A stretch of DNA of 51,022 nucleotides from Polyangia bacterium (GCA_038325725.1 JBBQJG010000003.1:1-51022); one strand, 5' to 3'. Counted from the first letter of the stretch, positions 28,891-37,118 are shown. The notes: generated by a model from the letters alone, not told the origin. Program-made: numbers and translations.

Positions 28891-30000
28891 TTGCTCACCG
28901 CTGACTTTCACTATGACCTGCCGCCCGAGTGCATCGCCTCGGCGCCAACCGCCGCGCGAGACGAATCCCGCCTTTTGGTCATGCGGCGCGCCGGCGAGAC
29001 TCCGAACGACCACGCACACTTTCGCGACATTGGCGGTTACCTTCCGCCCCGGTCGCTGCTGGTGGTCAACGATACGCGCGTCATCGCGGCGCGGCTCCGG
29101 GGACGAAAATCGACGGGCGGCGGCTTCGAGCTCCTCCTGACGCGGAAGATCTCGGACGAGAGCCCGCCAGCGGCCGACTGCCAGGGAGACATCTTCGAGG
29201 AGACCTGGGAAGCGCTGGGACGTAGCCTCGGGAACGTCGCGCTCGGGGCCACCCTGGAGGTCGGGGAGTTGCGGGCGACGCTCGTCGAGCGGGGCGCCGA
29301 AGGGCGGGTCACGGTGCGGCTCCGCGGGCGGGGCGCGCCGACGTTGGTCGGGCTGCTCGAGGCCGTGGGCGAGGTGCCGCTGCCACCGTACATCGAGACG
29401 GCCCGGCGCGAGGCCGGCGCGGCGGCGCCCGCCGTCGACGATCGGATCCGCTATCAGACGGTCTACGCCGACGCACCTGGCGCCGTGGCGGCGCCGACGG
29501 CGGGGCTGCACTTCACGCCGGCGCTGCTCGAGCGGCTGAGCGCCGCGGGACACGAGCTCGCGCGCGTCACGCTGCACGTCGGTCCGGGCACGTTCCGCCC
29601 CGTCAAGACGCCCGACGCGCGCGCGCACGAGATGGACGAGGAGCGCTACGCGATCCCCGAGGCGACGGCGGTGGCCATCGCGCGGGCGCGCGCCGAGGGC
29701 CGGCCCGTCATCGCCGTGGGCACGACGGTCGTACGGACGCTCGAGGCGTCCGCGCGCGAGCACGGCGTCGTGCGCGCCGGGGAGGGCGCGACGCGGTTGT
29801 TCATCTTGCCGGGCGATCCGTTCGCCGTCGTCGACGGGCTCATCACGAACTTCCACCTGCCCGAGTCGACGCTGCTCATGCTCGTGTGCGCGTTCGCGGG
29901 AACCCCGCGCGTGCTGGCGACCTACCGCGAGGCCGTCGCGCGCGGGTATCGTTTCTACAGCTATGGCGACGCGATGCTGATCTTGCCGGGACAGGCATGA
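28891..30000 (+). CDS. queA: S-adenosylmethionine:tRNA ribosyltransferase-isomerase
   Basis: DFHYDLP, NDTRVIAAR, PLPPYI, RYQTVYA, AAPTAGLHF, LHVGPGTF, TNFHLP, YRFYSYGDAM; start TTG 28891 or ATG 28858. Confidence 0.97.
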   Translation: MLTADFHYDLPPECIASAPTAARDESRLLVMRRAGETPNDHAHFRDIGGYLPPRSLLVVNDTRVIAARLRGRKSTGGGFELLLTRKISDESPPAADCQGDIFEETWEALGRSLGNVALGATLEVGELRATLVERGAEGRVTVRLRGRGAPTLVGLLEAVGEVPLPPYIETARREAGAAAPAVDDRIRYQTVYADAPGAVAAPTAGLHFTPALLERLSAAGHELARVTLHVGPGTFRPVKTPDARAHEMDEERYAIPEATAVAIARARAEGRPVIAVGTTVVRTLEASAREHGVVRAGEGATRLFILPGDPFAVVDGLITNFHLPESTLLMLVCAFAGTPRVLATYREAVARGYRFYSYGDAMLILPGQA

Positions 30001-31073
30001 GCGCCTTTCGCGTCGAGGCGCGCGCGGGCAGAGCGCGCGCGGGAGTCCTCGAAACGGCGCACGGTCCCGTCGAGACGCCCGTGTTCATGCCCGTCGGCAC
30101 GCAGGCGACGGTCAAGGCGCTGTCGTCGGCTGATCTGGCCCGCCTCGGGCCGCAGATCATCCTGGGCAACACGTACCACCTCGCGCTGCGGCCCGGCGCC
30201 GAGCGCATCGCCGCGCTGGGCGGGCTGCACAAGTTCATGGCGTGGCCGGGCGCGATCCTCACGGACTCCGGCGGCTACCAGGTCTTCAGCCTGCGCGACC
30301 GCGCGAAGATCGACGACGACGGGGTCACGTTCCGCTCGCACCTCGACGGCTCCGCGCAGCGCCTCACGCCGGCGCGCGCGATGGAGATCCAGCGGCTGCT
30401 CGGCAGCGACGTCGCGATGGCGTTCGATCACTGCCCGCCATCGGACGCGCCGCGCGCGTCGATCGAAGACGCCATGGCACGCACGACGACGTGGGCCGCG
30501 CGCTGCGTGGACACGCCGCGCGCCGAGGGCCAGCTTCGCTTCGGGATCGTGCAGGGCGGGGTGCACCTCGATTTGCGGCGGCGACACTTGGGCGAGCTCA
30601 CGTCGATGCCTTTTGATGGCTACGCGCTCGGCGGCCTCGGCGTCGGCGAGGCGCCCGCCGTCATGTACGACGTCATCGCGGCCGTCGCGCCCGAGATGCC
30701 CGAGGACAAGCCGCGCTACCTCATGGGCGTCGGCACGCCCAAGGACATCTGGACGTCCATCGGCGCTGGGATAGACATGTTCGACTGCGTGATGCCGACG
30801 CGCAACGCGCGCAACGGCCAGCTCTTCACGCGCGCGGGACGCGTCAACGTCGCGAACGCGCGCTACCGCGACGATCCGGCGCCCGTAGAAGCCGGTTGCC
30901 CGTGCGAGTGCTGCAGCACTTACAGCCGCGCGTACCTGTCGCATCTTTACCGCGCCGAGGAGCTGCTCTTCTACCGACTCGCGACGGCGCACAACCTTCA
31001 GCACTACCTGGATCTCGCCCGGCGCGCGCGTGAGGCGATCCGCGCGGGCGCATTCCCCGCCGAGCCGTGGTAA
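29997..31073 (+). CDS. tgt: Queuine tRNA-ribosyltransferase
   Basis: TPVFMPVGT, NTYHL, TDSGGYQVFSL, PRYLMGVG, DMFDCVMPTRNAR, Zn motif CPCECC...H. Confidence 0.97.
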   Translation: MSAFRVEARAGRARAGVLETAHGPVETPVFMPVGTQATVKALSSADLARLGPQIILGNTYHLALRPGAERIAALGGLHKFMAWPGAILTDSGGYQVFSLRDRAKIDDDGVTFRSHLDGSAQRLTPARAMEIQRLLGSDVAMAFDHCPPSDAPRASIEDAMARTTTWAARCVDTPRAEGQLRFGIVQGGVHLDLRRRHLGELTSMPFDGYALGGLGVGEAPAVMYDVIAAVAPEMPEDKPRYLMGVGTPKDIWTSIGAGIDMFDCVMPTRNARNGQLFTRAGRVNVANARYRDDPAPVEAGCPCECCSTYSRAYLSHLYRAEELLFYRLATAHNLQHYLDLARRAREAIRAGAFPAEPW

Positions 31074-31083
31074 ACGAACGCGC

Positions 31084-31890
31084 ATGGCGCGACGGGTAGC
31101 GGTCATCCTCTCCGGTTGCGGGCATCGCGACGGCAGCGACGTCGCCGAGACGATGCTGGCGTTCCTCATGCTCGACCGTGCGGGCGCTCAAGTCGTCTGC
31201 GCGGCGCCCGACGTCGAGCAGCGCGAGGTCGTCGACCACCTGCACGATCTGACGGCCGGCGCGATCACGACGCCGACGGCGTCGGCGATGCTCGGCCCCG
31301 CGCGCAACGCGCGCGTCGAAGCGGCGCGCCTCGCGCCCGGCGACGTGCTGCCGCTGTCGGCGCTCGATCCCAATCGCCTCGAGGGCCTCTTCATCCCGTC
31401 GGGCCGCGGCGTCGCGACGACGCTGTCCGACTATGCCGGCAAGGGCGCGCTCTGCGCCGTCGACCCCGACCTCGCGCGCGTCATGAAGGCGCTCCTCGGC
31501 GCCAAGAAGCCGATGGGCTTCGTCGGTCTCGCGGCCGTGCTCGCGGCGCGGGTGCTCGGCCCCGTCGCGGGCGTGCGCCTCACGCTCGGCTCGAAGGCCG
31601 TCGTCGCGGCGAAGCACGCGGCCATCATGGGCGGCGACGTACGCCCCGGCTCGATCGACGACGTCATCGTCGACGAGAAGAACCGCATCTACTCGACGCC
31701 CGGGCTCGAGGCCGAGGGCGCGCGCCTCGCGCAGGTCGCGAAGGCCATCGAAAAAATGGCGCGCGCGCTGACGTCGGCGCCGCGCCAGCAGCCGCGCCGC
31801 GAAGGACCGCCGTCGCGGCCCGTCCCCGATCGTCCTCGCTTCGAGCCGAAGCCCTCGGGCGTCGACCCGCTGCGACGCCCCCGCTCGTAG
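31084..31890 (+). CDS. ElbB-like (DJ-1/PfpI superfamily) protein lacking the catalytic Cys
   Basis: VAVILSGCG..DGS, RN..VEAARLA.G, VIVDEKNRIYSTP; KPMGFVGLA in place of KP.G..CIAP. Confidence 0.75.
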   Translation: MARRVAVILSGCGHRDGSDVAETMLAFLMLDRAGAQVVCAAPDVEQREVVDHLHDLTAGAITTPTASAMLGPARNARVEAARLAPGDVLPLSALDPNRLEGLFIPSGRGVATTLSDYAGKGALCAVDPDLARVMKALLGAKKPMGFVGLAAVLAARVLGPVAGVRLTLGSKAVVAAKHAAIMGGDVRPGSIDDVIVDEKNRIYSTPGLEAEGARLAQVAKAIEKMARALTSAPRQQPRREGPPSRPVPDRPRFEPKPSGVDPLRRPRS

Positions 31891-31924
31891 GGGCCGTTCT
31901 TCGCCCTTGCTCACCCCTTGGGGG

Positions 31925-32443
31925 CTACGGGGTCCCGATGCCGCGGTTGCGCTTGATCTGATCGAGGACCTTGCCGTACTCGACCTCCCAGGTGGACGTT
32001 CCCTCCTGGAGATTCTTGATGCGGCGGCGAACTTCTTCGTCGAGCTCGTCGTCGACCTGCATGTGCTTCTTGAGCACGTCGGCCATGCGCTTCCGCATGA
32101 CGCTGTCCTCGGCGAAGATCTCGGCGACGTGCGGCGACTGCATGAAAGACTCGAGCATCTGAGTGGTCATCCACTCGAGCGCTTCGTCGCCGAGCCCGAA
32201 GGCCTTCTCGCCGGCGAGCGTTCGCTTGATCTTGCCGAACTGCTCGTAGGGCAGGTTCTTCGTCTGAAGGATGTCCTTGGCCTTGTCGGTGATCTCCCGA
32301 TCGAGCCTCAAGTACTCCTTGAGCACGGCCTGGACGTCCATCTCGGCCTCGGCCTTGTCGTCGACCTCGATGTCGCCCGCCTCGATGAGGGCCTTGACAA
32401 TCTCGGTGCCGACCGACGGAATCTTTGCACTGTAAAGACGCAT
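31925..32443 (-). CDS. DUF507 family protein
   Basis: MRLYSAKIP N-terminus, FGKIKRTLA, DEEVRRRIKNLQEGT..WEVEY pattern of the myxobacterial DUF507 proteins. Confidence 0.75.
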   Translation of the reverse strand: MRLYSAKIPSVGTEIVKALIEAGDIEVDDKAEAEMDVQAVLKEYLRLDREITDKAKDILQTKNLPYEQFGKIKRTLAGEKAFGLGDEALEWMTTQMLESFMQSPHVAEIFAEDSVMRKRMADVLKKHMQVDDELDEEVRRRIKNLQEGTSTWEVEYGKVLDQIKRNRGIGTP

Positions 32444-32454
32444 TGCCTACGCGC

Positions 32455-32483
32455 CTTATAGGGGCGCCCTGGAGTCCAGTCAA
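32455..32483 (-). promoter_or_regulatory. Putative sigma70 promoter of the DUF507 gene
   Basis: TTGACT-17 bp-TATAAG, 11 nt before the ATG. Confidence 0.55.
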
Positions 32484-32545
32484 GCCGTGTAACGCGACGC
32501 GGATGCGGGCGCGGCCCGGGCCATTCGTGGCATGCTGCCCGACGC

Positions 32546-33259
32546 GTGTTCCTTCCGATTCGCGATCACAATCCGCGAGAGCGTTTCCCCGCCGTCACGC
32601 TCGCCCTCGTCGCGCTCAACGTCGTCGTGTTCCTTTACGAGCTGCTGCAGGGACAGGCGTACCTGACGAGGACGGCCGGCGCGATTCCCTTCGAGATCGT
32701 GAACCACGTCGATCTGCGCCCGGCCAACCTCGTGCCGTGGCCGGCGACGATCTGGACGTCGATGTTCCTGCACGGCGGGTTCATGCACCTCATCGGCAAC
32801 ATGTGGTTCCTCTGGCTCTTCGGCGACAACGTCGAGGACGCGCTCGGGCGCGGGCGCTACCTCGTCTTCTACTTCGTCGTCGGCACGGTGGGAGCGCTCG
32901 CGCAGATCTTCACGCTGCCTCAGTCGACGGCGCCGATGATCGGCGCCTCGGGCGCCGTCGCGGGCGCGCTCGGCGCGTACGTCATGCTGTATCCGCACGC
33001 GCGCGTCGAGACGCTCATCATGATTCCGTTCCTGTGGCCCGTGGTTCAGGTGAGGGCGTGGGTGTTCCTTGGGCTGTGGTTCCTCGGGCAGTTCTTGCTG
33101 TCGACGGGCTCGGGGATCGCGTGGATGGCGCACGTGGGCGGGTTCATCGCGGGCGCGGGGCTCGCCCGCCTGCTCGCGGTGTCACGCGACGTGCACAGGG
33201 GCGCAGCCACCGAGTTGGTCGAGGCCGAATACATTCCGCCGCCGCGTCGACGCTCTTGA
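32546..33259 (+). CDS. Rhomboid family intramembrane serine protease
   Basis: SMFLHGG.MHLIGNM, FGDNVED, catalytic GASGA and AHVGGF. Confidence 0.93.
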   Translation: MFLPIRDHNPRERFPAVTLALVALNVVVFLYELLQGQAYLTRTAGAIPFEIVNHVDLRPANLVPWPATIWTSMFLHGGFMHLIGNMWFLWLFGDNVEDALGRGRYLVFYFVVGTVGALAQIFTLPQSTAPMIGASGAVAGALGAYVMLYPHARVETLIMIPFLWPVVQVRAWVFLGLWFLGQFLLSTGSGIAWMAHVGGFIAGAGLARLLAVSRDVHRGAATELVEAEYIPPPRRRS

Positions 33260-33313
33260 GTCGCATCCCGCTTGACACCTGTCGCGCGACCGGCAAAATC
33301 ACGCGCCAAATCA

Positions 33314-33387
33314 GGCGGCTTAGCTCAGCTGGTTAGAGCAGGCGTTTCATACGCGCCGGGTCCGGGGTTCGAGTCCCTGAGCCGCCA
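33314..33387 (+). tRNA. tRNA-Met(CAT), elongator type; CCA not encoded
   Basis: Acceptor GGCGGCT/AGCCGCC plus A; D arm GCTC/GAGC; anticodon stem GGCGT/GCGCC with loop TTCATAC; T loop GTTCGAGTC. G1-C72 pair and no GGG/CCC anticodon stem argue against the initiator. TTGACA...CAAAAT upstream. Confidence 0.93.
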
Positions 33388-33396
33388 CAGAACAAC

Positions 33397-33753
33397 ATGA
33401 AGAGAGTCGAGAAACCTTGGGGTCACGAGCTCATCTGGGCGGTGACCGACCGCTACGTCGGCAAGGTGCTGCACATCAAGGCGGGCCACCAGCTCTCGCT
33501 GCAGTACCACGTCGAGAAGGACGAGACGGTCATGGTCTGGACGGGGCGCATGCGCTTCGAGCACTTCCCCGAAGGCCAGGAGCCGCAGATCACCGAGATG
33601 GGCCCCGGCGACGCGTTCCACGTCACGCCCGGCCTGCGTCACCGCATGATCGCCGTCGAGGACACCGAGGTGTTCGAAGTGTCGACGACCGAGCTCGACG
33701 ACGTCGTGCGTTTGCAGGACTCGTATGGCCGCGAAGGCACCTCGAAAGCGTGA
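33397..33753 (+). CDS. Cupin-domain protein (mannose-6-phosphate isomerase C-terminal-like)
   Basis: VEKPWGHE, LSLQYH..KDET, PG..HRM, EVSTTELDDVVRLQDSYGR. Confidence 0.85.
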   Translation: MKRVEKPWGHELIWAVTDRYVGKVLHIKAGHQLSLQYHVEKDETVMVWTGRMRFEHFPEGQEPQITEMGPGDAFHVTPGLRHRMIAVEDTEVFEVSTTELDDVVRLQDSYGREGTSKA

Positions 33754-33852
33754 CCGCGTAAGGCGAGACCCGCGAAAGCGCGACCGGGAAGGCATAGATT
33801 CCGCGTACGCCGCTTGACGGCGCGGAGGGCGCCGGGCTAAATCCCAGCCCTC

Positions 33853-34419
33853 ATGTACGACACGTCGGATATCCGCAAGGGGCTGAAGATCATGCTGGAT
33901 GGATCGCCGTACACGGTGGTCGAGTTCCAGTTCGTCAAGCCCGGTAAGGGCGCCGCGTTCACGCGCACGAAGATGAAGAACCTGCTCTCGGGCGGGGTCA
34001 TCGAGCGCAACCTGCGATCGGGCGACAAGCTCGAGCCGGCGAACGTCGAGGTCAAGACGATGCAGTACCTCTACAAGGACGCCGACTCGTGCGTGTTCAT
34101 GGACACGACGACGTACGACCAGGTCAACATCCCGCAGACCACCGTGGGCGATTCTCAGCCGTTCATGCCGGAGAACATCAACGTCGAGGTGTTGTTCTTC
34201 AACGACCGCGCCGTCGGAGTGACGTTGCCGAACTTCATCGAGCAGGCCATCACGGAGACGGAGCCCGGCTTCAAGGGCGACACGTCGACGGGCGCCACGA
34301 AGCCGGCGAAGATCAGCACGGGCGCGACGGTCAACGTCCCGCTGTTCATCAACGCGGGCGACGTCGTCAAGATCGACACGCGAACGGGCGACTACATCGA
34401 GCGCCTCTCGCGCGCCTAG
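33853..34419 (+). CDS. efp: Elongation factor P (Lys-type PGKG loop)
   Basis: FVKPGKGAAF, TEPGFKGDT, KPA, VPLFI, IDTRTGDY. Confidence 0.98.
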   Translation: MYDTSDIRKGLKIMLDGSPYTVVEFQFVKPGKGAAFTRTKMKNLLSGGVIERNLRSGDKLEPANVEVKTMQYLYKDADSCVFMDTTTYDQVNIPQTTVGDSQPFMPENINVEVLFFNDRAVGVTLPNFIEQAITETEPGFKGDTSTGATKPAKISTGATVNVPLFINAGDVVKIDTRTGDYIERLSRA

Positions 34420-34426
34420 AGCTCGC

Positions 34427-35413
34427 ATGAACGAGCGCGAGCGCCTCGCGGCCCGGCGCGCCGCGCTCGAGGCCCGCTCGCGCATCCTGCGCGGCGCGCG
34501 GGCATGGTTCGAGGGGCAGGGGTTCCTCGAGGTCGAGACGCCCGCGCGCGTGCGCGCGCCCGGCCAGGAAATTCACCTCGACGCGATCCCGAGCGGGCAG
34601 GGCGCCGCCGGTGACCCGCGCTGGCTCATCACGTCGCCCGAGTACCACATGAAGCGGCTGCTCGGCGCCGGCTTCCCGCGCATCGTGCAAATCGGCAAGG
34701 CGTGGCGGGCAGGGGAGGTCGGGCCGCACCACCAGCCCGAGTTCCTCATGGCCGAGTGGTACCGCGCCGACGCGCCGCTGTCGGCGATCGCCGACGACTG
34801 CGAGGCGCTCGTCCGCGTCGCGGCGGAGGCGGCGCTGGCCATCCCCGCGGGGCTCGACCTCGGGGGCCCGTTCGAGCGGACGACTGTGCGCGAGGTGCTG
34901 CGCCGGTATGCGGGCCTCGAGCTCGACGGAGACGAGACGACGGCCGCGCTCGCCGACAAGGCGCGCGCCGTGGGCGTCGCGACGAGCGCACAGGCGAGCT
35001 GGGACGACGTCTTCTTTCAGGTGTTCCTCGACAAGGTCGAGCCGGAGCTCGGACGCGGGCGCCCGACGTTCGTCTTCGATTGGCCCGCGCCGCTCGGCGC
35101 GCTCGCGCGCCGGCGCAACGATGATCCGCGCCTTGTCGAACGCTTCGAGCTCTACGCGAACGGCCTCGAGCTCGCGAATGCCTTTGGCGAGCTGACCGAC
35201 GCCACCGAACAGCGCGCGCGCTTCGTCGAGGAATCCGCGACGCGCGCGCGCCTCGGCAAGACGGTCTACGCGCTCGACGAGAAGCTGCTGGCGGCGCTAC
35301 CCCACATGCGTCCCTCGGCGGGCGTGGCCCTCGGCCTCGATCGCCTCGTCATGCTGGTCACGGGCGCGCCCGAAATCCGCGACGTCATCGCGTTCGCCGA
35401 CGACGAGGTGTAG
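34427..35413 (+). CDS. epmA: EF-P lysine beta-lysylase EpmA (GenX/PoxA)
   Basis: FLEVETP, TSPEYHMKRLL, H.PEF.M.EWYR, ERFELY..GLELANAFGEL, GVALGLDRLVM; no anticodon domain; adjacent to efp. Confidence 0.95.
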   Translation: MNERERLAARRAALEARSRILRGARAWFEGQGFLEVETPARVRAPGQEIHLDAIPSGQGAAGDPRWLITSPEYHMKRLLGAGFPRIVQIGKAWRAGEVGPHHQPEFLMAEWYRADAPLSAIADDCEALVRVAAEAALAIPAGLDLGGPFERTTVREVLRRYAGLELDGDETTAALADKARAVGVATSAQASWDDVFFQVFLDKVEPELGRGRPTFVFDWPAPLGALARRRNDDPRLVERFELYANGLELANAFGELTDATEQRARFVEESATRARLGKTVYALDEKLLAALPHMRPSAGVALGLDRLVMLVTGAPEIRDVIAFADDEV

Positions 35414-35443
35414 CAACGACAGGACTCGATCGCCGAGTCGTTG
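35413..35443. terminator. Hairpin directly after the epmA stop (possible terminator or stabiliser)
   Basis: GCAAC...GACTCG-ATCGC-CGAGTC-GTTGC; no U tract. Confidence 0.3.
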
Positions 35444-35611
35444 CGGCGGTCCCCTCAGGCGAGGGACGATGGACCCGCCAGCCTCATCCATTGCGCAAGG
35501 CTCTCGGCGTGCTGCGGGGTCGGCGTCGAGGTCGGCTTGATCGCCAGGCCGTAGACCACGCGCTCCGGTGGTGCGGCAGGAGCAAGTCCGGCCCGGCGGA
35601 CCGGCTGCTTC

Positions 35612-35644
35612 ATGCAAATCTAAAATTCAATATTGGTTTTGCAT
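35612..35644. promoter_or_regulatory. 33-bp AT-rich imperfect palindrome (operator-like)
   Basis: ATGCAAATCTAAAATT-C-AATATTGGTTTTGCAT, 13/16 arm positions complementary. Confidence 0.5.
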
Positions 35645-35713
35645 CAGGTCGACGTTGTCGCTCGCATCTCCCTGGCTTCAGGCTCATGCGGTCTGTAGGC
35701 CCGCTCGCAGCTC

Positions 35714-35777
35714 CTGGTCATGCTCGTGCGTGCGCGACACCCGCGACGGCGTCGCGTTCGCTGACAACGAGGTCTGA
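35714..35777 (+). pseudogene. Displaced epmA 3'-end copy 2
   Basis: LVML(V) / frameshift / VRDTRDGVAFADNEV* versus epmA LVMLVTGAPEIRDVIAFADDEV*. Confidence 0.8.
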
Positions 35778-35931
35778 TCCGCGACACCAATGTCATGGCA
35801 CGGTTGGTCTCAGCGTCACGTTTTTGCGATAGCACGCTAGGACAGCCGGCCTCACTTAGGGACAGGGAGGCGCGTACCTTGCACCGGCAAAAGTCATGCT
35901 GACCCCAGTGATCGTGTCCGTCCGTGTCGTG

Positions 35932-36627
35932 ATGCGAGCTTGTTGCGTGTTCACTATCGCTCTACTCGGCCTCGTGCTGGCCGTGGATTGCGGCGGCACT
36001 GAGGCGAAGACGTGCAGGGACCCAGGCGGGGTCGTTCATCCAAGCGGCCAGACCTGGATGCAGGACTGCGCGGTGTGTTCCTGCGGTGATCTGGGCGACG
36101 GGAAGCTCACAGCGATATGTGGCCACGTTGCATGTCTGCTCGACGCATCGGCGGAGGGCGCAGATGCAAAACGCATGGACGCCGCAGAAACCAGCGATCA
36201 CCCCACAGAAGACCATCCTCCGGCAGATGCCCACCCGCCAGAAGACTCCGCGACCACGGACGCTACGGGAACCAGCGATCACCCCGCAGAAGACCATCCT
36301 CCGGCGGATGCCCACCCGGCAGAGGACTCCGCACTGTGCCAGTCGCTCGCGATGGCCTATTACCAGGCCATCGCGGCGTCGAGCGTGTGTCAGCCCGACG
36401 CGGGGGCCGATCAATGCAAGGTTACGATCACAGAGCCGTCGAGCTGCCACTGCAAGGTGTTCGTGAACGGCGCGGCAGCCATTGATCAGCTGAATGCTGC
36501 CGCCAAGGAGTGGAACGATTCCGGGTGCGTTCACCAATGCCTGGGCGCCTGCGGCTTGCCCACCGGCGCGACATGCACGGCGAACTCCAACAGCCCGGCG
36601 ACCGGTACCTGCATCAATTCGATGTAG
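35932..36627 (+). CDS. Exported Cys-rich protein (possible lipoprotein) with a pacifastin/VWC-like N-module, duplicated His/Pro/Asp linker and Cys-rich C-domain
   Basis: Hydrophobic signal then DCGG; C-x17-C-xx-C-x-C-x11-C-x4-C with G.TW..DC; more A/T-ending codons than neighbouring genes; start 35932 or 35896. Confidence 0.65.
   Translation: MRACCVFTIALLGLVLAVDCGGTEAKTCRDPGGVVHPSGQTWMQDCAVCSCGDLGDGKLTAICGHVACLLDASAEGADAKRMDAAETSDHPTEDHPPADAHPPEDSATTDATGTSDHPAEDHPPADAHPAEDSALCQSLAMAYYQAIAASSVCQPDAGADQCKVTITEPSSCHCKVFVNGAAAIDQLNAAAKEWNDSGCVHQCLGACGLPTGATCTANSNSPATGTCINSM
36190..36332 (+). repeat. About 62-bp direct repeat, 81-bp period (TSDHP[T/A]EDHPPADAHP[P/A]EDSA x2)
   Basis: Read directly from DNA and translation. 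Confidence 0.9.
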
Positions 36628-36644
36628 GGCTTTCGATTCGTCGA

Positions 36645-36704
36645 CTCGTGCTCGGGGCGCAGGAGATCCGCGACTTCATCGCTTTCGCCGACGACGAAGT
36701 CTGC
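36645..36704 (+). pseudogene. Displaced epmA 3'-end copy 3
   Basis: LVLGAQEIRDFIAFADDEV-tgc versus LVTGAPEIRDVIAFADDEV-tag (16/19 aa identical); abuts the stop of the convergent TPR gene. Confidence 0.88.
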
Positions 36705-37118
36705 CTACGCCCGGTCGCGAACCCAGACCGCCTCTTTGCCCGTGAGCTTGTCGATCCACTTGGGCACGTCGTCGACGTGGCGGCCCGCGGGGAGGATCTC
36801 CAAGTAGCGGCCGATGGCGCTCACGGCGGCGACCCGATCGGCCGAAAGGCGCTCGGCCTGGCGCCGCAGGGCGAAGAAGAGCTCGTCGTCGATCGCCTCG
36901 GGATCGACGGCGCTCGCGCTCGAATCGAGGGCGAGCGCCCGCTCGTAGGCGGCGGCCGCCTCCTCGAAGCGCTCGAGCCCCGCGAGGGCTTGGCCCTGGT
37001 TGAAACACGCCTCAGGCTCGCGCGGATCAGCGCTGCTCTCCGCGACCGCGGCGTCGAGGGCCTCCTCGAATCGGCCTTCACCGCAGAGCTTCGTCGACCG
37101 CAACTGACCGTAAGCCAT
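36705..37118 (-). CDS. Small TPR protein
   Basis: GRFEEAL...DPREPEACFNQGQALAGLERFEEAAAAYERALALD; ATG 37118 preceded by TATGCT. Confidence 0.75.
   Translation of the reverse strand: MAYGQLRSTKLCGEGRFEEALDAAVAESSADPREPEACFNQGQALAGLERFEEAAAAYERALALDSSASAVDPEAIDDELFFALRRQAERLSADRVAAVSAIGRYLEILPAGRHVDDVPKWIDKLTGKEAVWVRDRA

Noticed and set aside
33314-33387. tRNA as an integration site, or as tRNA-Ile2/initiator
   Set aside because: No duplicated tRNA 3' end or integrase seen. Acceptor and anticodon-arm features fit elongator Met better, although Ile2 is not formally excluded without tRNAscan-SE
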